A stretch of DNA of 64,000 nucleotides from Planctomycetota bacterium (GCA_965228735.1 OZ245838.1:5888001-5952000); one strand, 5' to 3'; counted from the first letter of the stretch, positions 17,223-27,419 are shown. Numbers and translations are program-made. The notes: a model not told the origin generated them from the letters alone.

Positions 17223-18881
17223 ATGATTCGTCACCTGATTGCCATGTCCCTGGGTCTGCCGATAGGCGCTCAGACCATCACGTTCATCGAGGGCACGCCG
17301 ACGGCGGCGACGATCGTGTCGGTCCAGGAGAACGACCCGAACGGGCCGGTGGCCACCGTGCTGCAGAACGTCGAACTGCTGCCGATCGAGATCACGGGCC
17401 GGACGATCGGCCAGAGCGGTGATGTCACGCGCAGTCGCAGACTGGACCGGAACGGTCTGCAGCGCGTCGAGCTGCCGGACGGCGGCCGGCTGTTCCGGTA
17501 TCGCCGCAGCGGCGGCGCGTTCTGGGGCTTCCTGCACGTGAACGCCGCCGGTGCGGCGAGCGTCGTGATCGAACGCCCGGGTCTCGGCGGCGGCGCGGAT
17601 CCGTTCGTCGATCGCATCGGCGTCGATCCGGCGGGCGGCCACCTCGCCGCCGGCATGCAGTTCGGTGGGCTGTGGATCGCGCGGCTCGACGGTCAGAACT
17701 TCGCGAGCACGGGCACGCCGTCACGCTTCGTCGCCGCGGGCACGTTCGTCGAGCCGGCGTCCGTGATGGTCGGTGCGAGCATCGTCTACTTCCAATCGGC
17801 GGGGCAGCGGCTGTTCCGCTGCGCGCTCGCCGACGGCAACCAGCCGGCGGACGTGACGCCGCCGCCGCAGCCGCTCGCCGAACTCGAGGAGCACATGGCG
17901 ATGGCGCGCGACGGCTCGCGCGTCGTGTTCCTCTACGGACCGGACGATCTGCAGCGCCTCTGGACGGTCGGTTCGACGGGCGGCGCGACCGTGCTGCCGC
18001 CGGGGCCGAGCGACTACGAGGATCCCGACTACCTGCCGGACGGCACGGGCGAACTCGGTCTGCTGCTCAACGACGATGGCACGCGGCTGTTCTACAACGA
18101 CTCGGTCGTCGGCGACGAGCTCTACCTGCTCGACGTCACCGGCGTGCTGCCGACGCTGCACATCACGGGCGATCCGATCTTCCAGCCGACGATCGGCGTG
18201 CACATCCTGCCGGCATACGCATCCGACAAGCTGATCGTCGCGATCGGCAAGCCGGGCCTCGCCGACTGGTTCGCCGCCGAGCTCGGTGCGCAGGGTGGCA
18301 ACGTCGACAATCTCACGGGCACGGGCGCGACGGCGCCGCCGTATCCGGAAGGCACGCTGAATCCGGTCACCTCCGGGCGTTCGGCGAACGGGCGCTACTT
18401 CACCGAGCAGAATGGCGGCGCGCTCGTCGTGCGCACGATCGATCCGGTGACGGGCCACCAGGCCGTGCTGCACCAGAACGCCCTGGCCGCGCCCGTCGTC
18501 GGCAGCGCGTTCGCGGGTGACGCCGACGTCGTCGTCGCGACGGCGGCGGGGGACCGGCTCTACACGAACGGGCCGACCGCGCTGCCGTTGCCGCTGCCGA
18601 CCGGTCTCGTGCTCGACGCGCCCGCAGCCGGCCCGTGGTTCTCGTCGGTCTGGATCGAACTCGCGGGCGCCGGCGGTCTCGGCGCGTCGGTCTTCTACCT
18701 GCCCGACGGCACCCACGTCGTCGGGTCGATCGAGTTCGGCATGCAGCAGCTGTGCCCGACCGCGCTCGGTGGAGTCGTCATGAACGGCGCCACCGTGCGC
18801 TACCTCGGCCTCGGCGCGCGCGTCGTGCTGACGCGCCCCACCGTGCCCTGGCGCCGCTGCCTGTCCGGCGTCGGTGTGTGA
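17223..18881 (+). CDS. Secreted hypothetical protein, probable beta-propeller
   Basis: Signal-like MIRHLIAMSLGLPIGA|Q. TolB-like DGSRVVF and DGTRLFY motifs. Beta- and Gly-rich. Confidence 0.7.
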   Translation: MIRHLIAMSLGLPIGAQTITFIEGTPTAATIVSVQENDPNGPVATVLQNVELLPIEITGRTIGQSGDVTRSRRLDRNGLQRVELPDGGRLFRYRRSGGAFWGFLHVNAAGAASVVIERPGLGGGADPFVDRIGVDPAGGHLAAGMQFGGLWIARLDGQNFASTGTPSRFVAAGTFVEPASVMVGASIVYFQSAGQRLFRCALADGNQPADVTPPPQPLAELEEHMAMARDGSRVVFLYGPDDLQRLWTVGSTGGATVLPPGPSDYEDPDYLPDGTGELGLLLNDDGTRLFYNDSVVGDELYLLDVTGVLPTLHITGDPIFQPTIGVHILPAYASDKLIVAIGKPGLADWFAAELGAQGGNVDNLTGTGATAPPYPEGTLNPVTSGRSANGRYFTEQNGGALVVRTIDPVTGHQAVLHQNALAAPVVGSAFAGDADVVVATAAGDRLYTNGPTALPLPLPTGLVLDAPAAGPWFSSVWIELAGAGGLGASVFYLPDGTHVVGSIEFGMQQLCPTALGGVVMNGATVRYLGLGARVVLTRPTVPWRRCLSGVGV

Positions 18882-18890
18882 CGCCTCGCG

Positions 18891-20501
18891 TCAGCGGGCG
18901 CCGAAGAGCTGTTCGAACAGCTCGTGGAACTCGGCTTCGAGTTCGGCTCCTTCGTTGATCTTCTTGTCCGTCGTCGGGCGGCGGCGCGGGCGGGGCTGGC
19001 CGCCGTCGCGGGCTCGCGTGGCCGGGGCGCGGTCGGTCTTGGGCGCCTCGTCGCGCGCGCGAATCAGGCGGCGCACGCCCGCAGCGGGGGCGCCTGTCGG
19101 CAGAGCGTTGGCCGGCGCGTCGCCGTGGAAGTGGACGTGTACGTCGCCGTGGACGTCCTCGAACTGGATCGAGCCGCTGTTGCCGGCGCCGCCGCTCGGG
19201 CCGGTGCGGGTCGGCGCGACCGGTGCCGCAGTGCGGCGACCCTGACTGCTCGCCGCGGCGCGGCGGGCGCGCGCCGTGACGTTCTCGAGCCGCGCCTTCA
19301 GCGCTTCGTTCTCCGCGCGCAGGTCCTCCGACTCGACGCCGGCCTGGCGCAGCCGATCCATGAGCCCGCGCGTGCGGGCGCTCGCCGCGTCGTTGCGGCC
19401 GCTGCGTTCCTGGGCTGCCTTCTGCAGCGTGGCCGCGAGCTCCTGCACCTCCTGCAGCTCGTTCTGTAGCGCCTTCATGCGCTCGGTCGCCTGCGCGCCG
19501 CGGTCCCGCTCGGCGGCGGCCCGCTGCTGGTGCTCGGCGAGCTGTCGCCGCGTGTGCTCGAATGCGGCCTGCAGTTCGCGGTCGTGGTTCTCACGCGCCA
19601 CGGTCTGTTCGCGCGCTTCGGCGAGCGCGCGCTCCATCATCTCGATGCGCTCCGCGTATTCGCGGTGCTGTGCTTCGAGCTGCTCCTTGCGCTGGCGCTG
19701 CATGTGCTCGGTGCGTTCGTCGAGCTCGCGGCGCATCTGCTCGATCTGCTCTTCGTATTCGCGGCGAACGTTCTGGCTGCGTTGCTCGAACTCGCGCCGG
19801 ACGTCGTTCGCCCGCTCCTCCAGTTCGCCCCGCATCGCTTCGAAGCGCGCCTGGCGTTGTTCGAGCTCTTGCCGCAGCCGGTTCATCTCCGCATGCCGCT
19901 CCTGCTGCGCCTCGTGCGACCGGCGCTCGAACTGCTGCGCCAACTCGTCATGGCGCCGCTGGCTCTCGGCGAGTTGCTTCGCGAGCCGATCGGCCCGTTC
20001 GGCGGTCTTCTGCAGGTCGCGCTCGGCCGCGGCCTGCGTGGCGGCGAGCTTCTTGGTCAGCGACACTTCGAGCGCGCCGCGCTCCTTGGCCCGGGTTTCG
20101 GCCTGCTGCCGCGTGGCCGCGAGCGCCGTGCGCAGTTCGGCCGAGTCTTGCTGGCTGCGTTCGAGCTGCTTCTCCGCGTCGCGCCGCATCCTCTCGAGCT
20201 TGTTCGCGAGCGCCTTCTGCTCGGCGAGCGCCGCCTCGAGCCTGCGCTCCTTCGCCGCGACCAGTTCGCGCAGTTGCGCCGCCTCGGCCCGCGCCTGGGC
20301 CGCGCGCTCGGCCTGCGCGGCCCGGTCGCGTCTGGTGCCGCCGGACTCCAACTCCCGAACGAGGTTGTCGATGCGGTTGAGCCGGTTTTCCAGGCTCTGG
20401 ATCGACGAGGTGACGCGGCGGCGTTCTTCTTGCGCCTGGCAGCTGGTCAAGCTACCGAACAAGAGCGCCGCGCCGAGCGCGGCAGTGAGACATCTGCTCA
20501 T
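18891..20501 (-). CDS. Long coiled-coil exported protein, probable lipoprotein
   Basis: GGAGG RBS. MSRCLTAALGAALLFGSLTS|C lipobox-like. About 400 aa rich in E/Q/R/A/L heptads. Confidence 0.7.
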   Translation of the reverse strand: MSRCLTAALGAALLFGSLTSCQAQEERRRVTSSIQSLENRLNRIDNLVRELESGGTRRDRAAQAERAAQARAEAAQLRELVAAKERRLEAALAEQKALANKLERMRRDAEKQLERSQQDSAELRTALAATRQQAETRAKERGALEVSLTKKLAATQAAAERDLQKTAERADRLAKQLAESQRRHDELAQQFERRSHEAQQERHAEMNRLRQELEQRQARFEAMRGELEERANDVRREFEQRSQNVRREYEEQIEQMRRELDERTEHMQRQRKEQLEAQHREYAERIEMMERALAEAREQTVARENHDRELQAAFEHTRRQLAEHQQRAAAERDRGAQATERMKALQNELQEVQELAATLQKAAQERSGRNDAASARTRGLMDRLRQAGVESEDLRAENEALKARLENVTARARRAAASSQGRRTAAPVAPTRTGPSGGAGNSGSIQFEDVHGDVHVHFHGDAPANALPTGAPAAGVRRLIRARDEAPKTDRAPATRARDGGQPRPRRRPTTDKKINEGAELEAEFHELFEQLFGAR

Positions 20502-20586
20502 GACTGGTCCTCCGGAGCGGAAACGGTATTCGTAGACGAGGCCGCGAGACGTTACGTGAGACGGCCGACCCCGGAAAGCTCTCCAC

Positions 20587-21477
20587 ATGACCGTGCAAAG
20601 ATTCCTCGGCTGCGAGTGGGCCAGCGTCCATGGCCCGGCGGACCCGCAGCAACTCTGGGTCCAGGTGCTCGAGGCCGGTTTCGACGGCCTCGTCGCGGCA
20701 CCGGCTCCCCGGCCGATGGACTGGGGGCAGCTCATCGCGGCGGCCGCGGACCTGCCGGTGCACGTCGGGGTCGTTCGGGCCACGAGCGTGCTCGATCCGG
20801 CCATCGCCACCGCGGGGCTCGCGATGGGCCGATCGGGGCCCCGGGAGGTCGCGTTGGCCGCCGTGCGCCGGGCCGCGGATACGGCCCGGACGGTCGGTTG
20901 CCCGGCGATCGTGCTCGAACCGGGGCTCGTGCCGGTGTTCGGAGAGATCGAGTCCGACGACCTCGGCGACCCGAGCTACCGCTGGACGCGAGAACGCGCC
21001 GATGCCCTGCTCGCGCGCCGCAGCGTCGGGCGCGACGAAGCCGTCGATCAGGCCTGCCGCGCCATCCACGCGGTCGTTCGGGCCTGCCCGGAGCTGTCGT
21101 TCGGCCTCGCGACGGGCCGCAATCTGCGGGTCGTGGCCGACCGCCAGGGTCTCGCGGACATCTTCGAGGACCTGCACCAGCTGCCGCTCGGCTACTGGCA
21201 CGACGCCGGCGCCGTGGCCCGCCGCGAGCAGATTTTCGGGGAGCCGCAGGGCGAATGGCTCGAGGCTTTCGGTAACCGCCTCAAGGGCATGAGTTTGGGT
21301 GATTCTTCCCCCGATGGCATGCTGCTGCCGCCTGGAGCGGGAGGGGTAGACTACGGCCTCCTGGCCACCTATGTACCCCGCGACCGGACCTTTCCGGTCG
21401 GGCTGGATCTCGATCCCACGGTCGCTGCCTCGGACTTTGCCGGGATGCGGTCGTGCCTCGACAAGTTCGGTCTGTAG
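20587..21477 (+). CDS. Xylose-isomerase/AP-endonuclease-2-like TIM-barrel protein (divergent)
   Basis: ARTVGCPAIVLEPG, GYWHDAG, LPPGAGGVDY. Confidence 0.6.
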   Translation: MTVQRFLGCEWASVHGPADPQQLWVQVLEAGFDGLVAAPAPRPMDWGQLIAAAADLPVHVGVVRATSVLDPAIATAGLAMGRSGPREVALAAVRRAADTARTVGCPAIVLEPGLVPVFGEIESDDLGDPSYRWTRERADALLARRSVGRDEAVDQACRAIHAVVRACPELSFGLATGRNLRVVADRQGLADIFEDLHQLPLGYWHDAGAVARREQIFGEPQGEWLEAFGNRLKGMSLGDSSPDGMLLPPGAGGVDYGLLATYVPRDRTFPVGLDLDPTVAASDFAGMRSCLDKFGL

Positions 21478-21567
21478 CCGGTCGTATGGTCTCCAGCGGA
21501 CCCGGGTTTCGGGTCGATGCAGAGGTCGGCGAGCCGGTCGGACCTGGTCCGGCGTAGGCACCTCAAC

Positions 21568-22659
21568 ATGACGTCTTCCCCGATAGCGCAGCAGGGCCCG
21601 GCCGCCCGCAAGGGTGGCCCCACGGCTTGCGACCACGCCCGTACGGAGACTCTCCGTGCGTTGCTTGCGGGGCGGAAACGGCTGTTGATCCTGACCCACA
21701 ACAACCCGGATCCGGATTCGCTCGGCGGCGCGATGGGCCTCGCCGAGTTCGCCCGCAAGGTCGCCGGGATCGAGGTCGACTTCGCCATCACCGGCCGCAT
21801 CCTGCGCGCCGAGAACCAGGCGATGGTGCGCGAGCTCGAGATCGACACGAAGACGCTCGACGACGTCGACGTATCGCGCTTCGACTGCTTCGCGTTCGTG
21901 GACACGCAGCCGGGCTTCGGTCACACCGTCGTGCCCGCGGGCATCACGCCCGACATCGTCATCGATCACCACCTGTGTGCGGAGCGCGTCGATCCGCGGA
22001 CCGTGACGTTCCACGAGGTCCTGCCGGAGATCGGCGCGACGAGTTCGATCGTCGCGGCGCACCTGCAGAACGCGGGTGTGCAGCCGAGTCCCGAGGTCGC
22101 GACCGCGCTCATGTACGGGATCAAGACCGACACCGCGGACCTGTCGCGCAACATCGGCGACGTCGACCTGCGCGCGTTCGAGTACCTGTTCCCGCACGTC
22201 GATCGGCAGAAGCTCGTGGCGATCCAGTCGCCGCGCCTGCCGGCGGCCTACTTCCAGACGCTCAAGGACGCGCTGTCGAAGGTGCGGCTCTACGACGGCG
22301 TGACGCTGTGCTCGCTCGGTCGCACGCCGAGCCCGGAGATGGTCGCGGAGATCGCCGATCTGCTGCTGCGGATGGAAGGCGTTCGGGCGGTGTTCTGCGG
22401 CGGCCTCGTGAACGGGCAGTACTACATGTCCGTGCGCACCGAGGACGGCGGCGACGCGTGGCGGCTGCTGCGCGAGGCGATGGACGGCGAGGACGGTTCG
22501 TGTGGCGGTCACGGTTCGGTCGCCGGCGGGTCGATCCACGTGAACACCGACGACTCGCGGGCGCTGCGTCGCCTCGAACGGCGGCTCGAGAAGAGCATCC
22601 TCAAGGTGTTCGGCGTCTCCGGCTGCAACGCCGCGGCATTCGGCGAAGCCGACGACTGA
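21568..22659 (+). CDS. DHH/DHHA1 phosphoesterase (NrnA-like)
   Basis: THNNPDPDSLG, FVDT, IDHH, GIKTDT, GGH. Confidence 0.88.
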   Translation: MTSSPIAQQGPAARKGGPTACDHARTETLRALLAGRKRLLILTHNNPDPDSLGGAMGLAEFARKVAGIEVDFAITGRILRAENQAMVRELEIDTKTLDDVDVSRFDCFAFVDTQPGFGHTVVPAGITPDIVIDHHLCAERVDPRTVTFHEVLPEIGATSSIVAAHLQNAGVQPSPEVATALMYGIKTDTADLSRNIGDVDLRAFEYLFPHVDRQKLVAIQSPRLPAAYFQTLKDALSKVRLYDGVTLCSLGRTPSPEMVAEIADLLLRMEGVRAVFCGGLVNGQYYMSVRTEDGGDAWRLLREAMDGEDGSCGGHGSVAGGSIHVNTDDSRALRRLERRLEKSILKVFGVSGCNAAAFGEADD

Positions 22660-22688
22660 CCGCCAGAGCCACTGGCGGCAAGTCGACT

Positions 22689-22731
22689 GGCCGGCAATTG
22701 GACCAGGTACCGTACGGGGGGTACCGTGCGG
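22689..22731. repeat. Degenerate single arm of the CCGTACGG repeat family
   Basis: GGCCGGCAATTGGACCAGGTACCGTACGG-N6-CCGTGCGG resembles 3546-3589. Confidence 0.65.
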
Positions 22732-22766
22732 TATGTTCACTTCGGGGCGGTAGACTCGCGGGGGAC

Positions 22767-24152
22767 ATGATCCTCGAGCAGTTCTATCTCGGCTGCCTGG
22801 CGCACGCGTCGTACGTCGTGATCGACGAGCGGACGAAGACCGCGGCGGTGATCGATCCGCAGCGTGACGTCGACGGCTACATCGCGTTCGCCGAGCGGCA
22901 CGGTGCGACGATCGCGCACGTGTTGCTGACGCACTTCCACGCCGACTTCGTGGCCGGTCATCTCGAGCTGCGGGATCGGGTCGGCGCGCGGATCCACCTC
23001 GGCGCGCGGGCGAACGCCGAGTACGACTTCGACGCGTTGCGCGACGGTGACGTGCTCGAGTTCGGTGATGTTCGGTTCTCGATCCGTGAGACGCCGGGCC
23101 ACACTCCCGAGGGCGTCTCGATCGTCGTGTTCGATCTGGCGGTCAGCGACACGCGGCCGCACGCCGTCTTCACCGGTGACACCCTGTTCGTCGGCGACGT
23201 CGGTCGGCCGGACCTCATGGCCTCGGTCGGCGTCACGGCGACTGAGCTCGCCGGGCAGCTCTACGACTCGCTGCACGACAAGCTGCTGCAGCTGCCGGAC
23301 GACACGCTCGTGTATCCGGCGCACGGTGCCGGCTCGATGTGCGGCAAGAACCTCAGCAGCGAGACGTTCTCGACGATCGGGCAGCAACGGCGCCAGAACT
23401 ACGCGCTGCAGCCGATGAGCCGCGACGAGTTCGTCGCCACGGTCACGGCGGATCAGCCGCAGGCGCCGGCCTACTTCGCGTACGACGCGGCGATGAACCA
23501 GCGCGAACGGCCGACGCTCGACGTTCGACTCGCGGATCTGCGCCCGTTGACCCTCGACGCGGTGCTCGAGCGGCAGAACGCCGGCGCGGTCGTCGTCGAC
23601 GTGCGTGACGCGGACACGTTTGCGCACGGTCATCTGCGCGGCGCGATCAACGTCGGGCTCGATGGCAAGTTCGCGACCTGGGCCGGCACGCTGCTGCACG
23701 AGGTCGAAGAGCTCGTGATCGTCGCGGACCCGGGCCAGGAGGTCGAGGCCGCGACCCGCCTCGGTCGCGTCGGTCTCGACGCGGTCGTGGGTTTCCTGGC
23801 GGGCGGCCCGGCCGCGTTCGCCGGTCGGGACGAACTGATCGCGACCGTGGAACGCGTGCCAGTGCGGGCGCTCGCCGACGGCCTCGCCGCGCGACCGTTC
23901 GTGCTCGACGTCCGTTCGCCGCGCGAGTGGGAGGGCGGCCACATCGACGGCGCGGTCAACATCCCGCTCGCCGATCTCGAACGGCGCGCGGCCGAGGTGC
24001 CGACGGGTCGGCCCGTCGCGATCGTCTGTCGTTCGGGCTACCGGTCGTCGATCGCGGGCAGCCTGCTGCAGCGGCGTGGCATCCGCGAGGTCGTCGACGT
24101 CCGGGGCGGCATGCTGGCGTGGCAGGCGGCCGAGTATCCGACGCTGACGTGA
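22767..24152 (+). CDS. MBL-fold persulfide-dioxygenase-like protein with tandem rhodanese domains
   Basis: THFHADF, TPGHTPE, GDTLFVGDVGRPDL, PAHGAGS. C-terminal rhodanese CRSGYRS. Confidence 0.9.
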   Translation: MILEQFYLGCLAHASYVVIDERTKTAAVIDPQRDVDGYIAFAERHGATIAHVLLTHFHADFVAGHLELRDRVGARIHLGARANAEYDFDALRDGDVLEFGDVRFSIRETPGHTPEGVSIVVFDLAVSDTRPHAVFTGDTLFVGDVGRPDLMASVGVTATELAGQLYDSLHDKLLQLPDDTLVYPAHGAGSMCGKNLSSETFSTIGQQRRQNYALQPMSRDEFVATVTADQPQAPAYFAYDAAMNQRERPTLDVRLADLRPLTLDAVLERQNAGAVVVDVRDADTFAHGHLRGAINVGLDGKFATWAGTLLHEVEELVIVADPGQEVEAATRLGRVGLDAVVGFLAGGPAAFAGRDELIATVERVPVRALADGLAARPFVLDVRSPREWEGGHIDGAVNIPLADLERRAAEVPTGRPVAIVCRSGYRSSIAGSLLQRRGIREVVDVRGGMLAWQAAEYPTLT

Positions 24153-24263
24153 GCGCGAGTCGCTGATTCGGCCGCGGGACGGGCGCTTCCGGGCGTTGGA
24201 ATGCCGGCGGAGTGCCGAAGGGGGGCGCGGGGCGATCGGTCGCTCCGTATGCTGCCCCGTCGC

Positions 24264-27200
24264 ATGCGCACGCTTCTCGGCATCGCGGTCGGTGTGGCCG
24301 GCCTCGGACTCCTCGCAGTCCATGACGACGAACCGCAGCGTGGTCCGGCAGCCGCCCAGTTGATGAGCCCGCTGATGAGCCCGCCGATGAGCCAGCCGAT
24401 GGCCGCGCCGATGACTCGGCCGATGGCCGATGGCGCGCATCGATTCGTCGGTCGCAGCCCGGCTGCGCTCGCGCAAACGCGCTTCGTCGAGAACCGCGGC
24501 CAATGGGACGACGCCGTGCGCTTCGCGGTGCTCGGACGGTCGGTGGGCTGGCTGCACGACGACGGGTTCACGGTGCGTTTCGCGCGCGAGCTGCCGAACG
24601 CCGCGGCCGAGGATCCGATCCAACGCGAAGCGCCGCGGCCACGCACTTTGACCGGCGCCATCGTGCGCACGCGCTTCTCCGGCCGGGCTCGGGCGACCGA
24701 CGTGGGAGCGGTGGTCGCCGGCCAGCTGCACTTCCTGCGCGGGCGGGAGCCGGGTGGGCACCATACGAACGTCCCGACCTTCGCCGGCGCGACGCTGCGC
24801 GGCGTGCAGCCGGGCATCGACGTCGTGTTCCGGGCCGTGCCCGAGTCGGAGTTCGCGTTCGCCTACGACCTCGCGCTCGCGCCTGGCGCCGACCTCGCCG
24901 CGTTCGAGGCCACGTGCGACGGGGCCGACCAACTGTTCGTCGATCGCGACGGGCGCCTGCACGTGTGCACGACGACGCCGCACGGTCCCGTCGAGCTCAC
25001 GCAGGAACCGCCGGTGGCGTGGCAGACGACCGCGAACGGGCGGCGGCCGCTCACCGTCGAGTTCGAGGTGCGCGGGCCGCGCACCTACGGCTTCCACGCG
25101 CCCGAGCTCGACCCCGCTCTCGCGACCGTCGTCGACCCCGGCGTCGCGTGGAGCAGCTACCTCGGCGGCGGTGCGACGGATCGCATCCAGGACGTCGCGT
25201 GGCAGCCGGGCGTCGGCATCTGGCTCGCGGGTTGGGCCGGGTCGGTCGACTTCCCGACCACGGTCGGCGCGTTCCAGACGACGGGCGAACGGGACGCGTT
25301 CCTCGCGAAGATCGACGAGGCCGGCACCACGCTACAGTTCGCGACCTACTTCGGCGGCTCGGAGGGCGAGGAAGCGCGCGCGATCGCGCTCGGGCCCGGG
25401 CAGTCGCCGACGATCGTGGGCTTCACCGCGTCGTCGGACCTGCCGATCACCCCCGGCGCCTATCAGGCCACGTTCGGCGGGTCCGGCCCGATCGTGCCGA
25501 TCGGGGATGCGTTCGTGACGCGCCTGTCGGCCGCGGGCGATGCGGTGCTCGCGTCGACCTACCTCGGCGGTCTCGTCGACGAGGCGGCCGAGGGGGTGGC
25601 CGTCGATCCCGCCGGCACGATCTACGTCGTCGGCGCCACGTCGTCGCCCGATCTGCCGACGACCCCGGGATCGTGGCAGCCCGCCCTCGGCGGTCCGGTC
25701 ACGGGCCAGAACGACGGGTTCGTGGCCAAGTTCGCGGCCGATCTCACGAGCGCGACCTACGTGACCTACGTGGGCGGCACGCTGCAGGACCAGCTGCTCG
25801 ACGTCGCGATCGATCCCGCGACGGGCGAGGCGGCCGCGGTCGGCTGGTCGATCGCCGCGAACTTTCCGACGACGCCGTTCGCCTACCGGACGAGCAGCGC
25901 GGGCTCCGTCGAGATGGTCGCGCTGCGCCTGACGAGCGACGGCTCGACTGCCGTGTTCTCGAGCTTCCTCGGCGGCATCAACGAAGAGGCGGCGACGGGT
26001 TGCGCGCTCGGTGACGACGGGTCGTTGTGGCTCTGCGGCTGGACCGACTCGGTGAACTACCCGATCTCCGCGGGTGCGCCGCAGAGCACGCCCGCGGGCG
26101 AAGAGGACGGTGTGCTGACCCGGCTGTCGGCCGACGGCTCGGCCCTGCTGTTCTCGACCTACGTGGCTGGCACCGACTTCGATCACGCCCGTGACGTCGC
26201 GGTCGACGGCGACGAGGTGGTGGTCGTCGGCGAGGCCGGACCCGGACTGCCGCTGACGCCGACCGCGCACCAGGGCTCGTTCGCCGGCGGCACGCTCGAC
26301 GCGTTCCTCTGCTACTACACCAACCAGGGCGCGGTGCTCGAGTACGCGACCTACGCGGGCGGCTCCGGCAGCGACGCGTTCGGTGCCGTGGAGATCGACA
26401 ACGGGCTGATCGTCGCGGGCGGCTGGTCCTATGCCGCGGACTTCCCGGTGACTACCGGCGCGCTGCAGGGGCAGCTGCTCGGCGTCGAGGACGGCGTCGT
26501 GATGGTCGTGGACCTGTTGACGGATCTGGCGGGCGGCCTGCAGGTCGGTTCGGGATCGGGCACCGGCGAACGCCGGTTGGCCGAGGCCGGCGAGTACGAA
26601 CTGCTCGCCGCGGTCGTGACCAACACGACGAGCCGGCGGCTCGCGATCGAGGGCGTGCGGGTGTTGTTCGCCGGCAGCGGTGCTGCGCCGCAGCAGGTCT
26701 CGGACCTGCGCGTCTATCTCGACGACCCCGCGGTTCCCGGCGAGCGCGACAGGCTCGTGGCCGGGCCGGTCGCGGTCGTGCTCGACGATGCCGAGCTCGA
26801 CGTCGCGTTGCAGGGCGCGGAACTGCTGCCCGGTGGAGCTGCCACGCTGCGGTTCGTCGTCGACTTCGAGCCCGCGCTCGCCGGCGGTGCGGTGGAGGTC
26901 GCATGCGCGACCGTCGATCCGAGCGCCTGGACCCTGCGCGCGTTCGGCGCCGGCGCAGGGCCGGTGGTGAACGTGGTCGGCAACGGCCGTTCGACGGGCC
27001 CCGTGCTCGTCGCCGGCGGATTGCCCGGCGACGTCGACGGCGACCTGGAATGGTCGGTGCTCGATCTGCGCGGGCTGTGTTCGACGCTCGGCAGCGCGGC
27101 CGGCCTGCTCGATACCGACGGGGACCAGGTCATCACGCTTTCCGACGTCGACAACGTGTGCGACGGCGCGCTCGGTCGCGCCGCGGTGACGATCGTGCCG

Positions 27201-27419
27201 GCGAGCGGCGTGGCGGGTGAGTGGCTCACGCTGCGCGGCGTGTTCCCGACGGGCGTCACGGTCGAAGCCGTGCTCGGTGGTCGCGCCCTCACGCTCGGCC
27301 GCGTCACGCCGCGCGAGGTCACCGTGCGCGTCGATCCCGCGCTGCCGCCGGGGCCGCACGACCTGCTGCTGACGATCGGCGGGCGCACGCTGGCCGCGCA
27401 GTCGCTCATCGTGCAATGA
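24264..27419 (+). CDS. Secreted SBBP beta-propeller repeat protein with dockerin-like and IPT-like C-terminal parts
   Basis: FVENRGQW and VDP..WSSYLGG. Repeated TYLGG / T.S.DFPTT.GA.Q / DAFV motifs. GDVDGD...DTDGD. Start uncertain (24249 or 24264). Confidence 0.82.
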   Translation: MRTLLGIAVGVAGLGLLAVHDDEPQRGPAAAQLMSPLMSPPMSQPMAAPMTRPMADGAHRFVGRSPAALAQTRFVENRGQWDDAVRFAVLGRSVGWLHDDGFTVRFARELPNAAAEDPIQREAPRPRTLTGAIVRTRFSGRARATDVGAVVAGQLHFLRGREPGGHHTNVPTFAGATLRGVQPGIDVVFRAVPESEFAFAYDLALAPGADLAAFEATCDGADQLFVDRDGRLHVCTTTPHGPVELTQEPPVAWQTTANGRRPLTVEFEVRGPRTYGFHAPELDPALATVVDPGVAWSSYLGGGATDRIQDVAWQPGVGIWLAGWAGSVDFPTTVGAFQTTGERDAFLAKIDEAGTTLQFATYFGGSEGEEARAIALGPGQSPTIVGFTASSDLPITPGAYQATFGGSGPIVPIGDAFVTRLSAAGDAVLASTYLGGLVDEAAEGVAVDPAGTIYVVGATSSPDLPTTPGSWQPALGGPVTGQNDGFVAKFAADLTSATYVTYVGGTLQDQLLDVAIDPATGEAAAVGWSIAANFPTTPFAYRTSSAGSVEMVALRLTSDGSTAVFSSFLGGINEEAATGCALGDDGSLWLCGWTDSVNYPISAGAPQSTPAGEEDGVLTRLSADGSALLFSTYVAGTDFDHARDVAVDGDEVVVVGEAGPGLPLTPTAHQGSFAGGTLDAFLCYYTNQGAVLEYATYAGGSGSDAFGAVEIDNGLIVAGGWSYAADFPVTTGALQGQLLGVEDGVVMVVDLLTDLAGGLQVGSGSGTGERRLAEAGEYELLAAVVTNTTSRRLAIEGVRVLFAGSGAAPQQVSDLRVYLDDPAVPGERDRLVAGPVAVVLDDAELDVALQGAELLPGGAATLRFVVDFEPALAGGAVEVACATVDPSAWTLRAFGAGAGPVVNVVGNGRSTGPVLVAGGLPGDVDGDLEWSVLDLRGLCSTLGSAAGLLDTDGDQVITLSDVDNVCDGALGRAAVTIVPASGVAGEWLTLRGVFPTGVTVEAVLGGRALTLGRVTPREVTVRVDPALPPGPHDLLLTIGGRTLAAQSLIVQ

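Noticed and set aside
21627..22766. N-terminal extension of the MBL-rhodanese ORF
   Set aside because: Off-frame overlap with the DHH gene; the family N-terminus begins at 22767.
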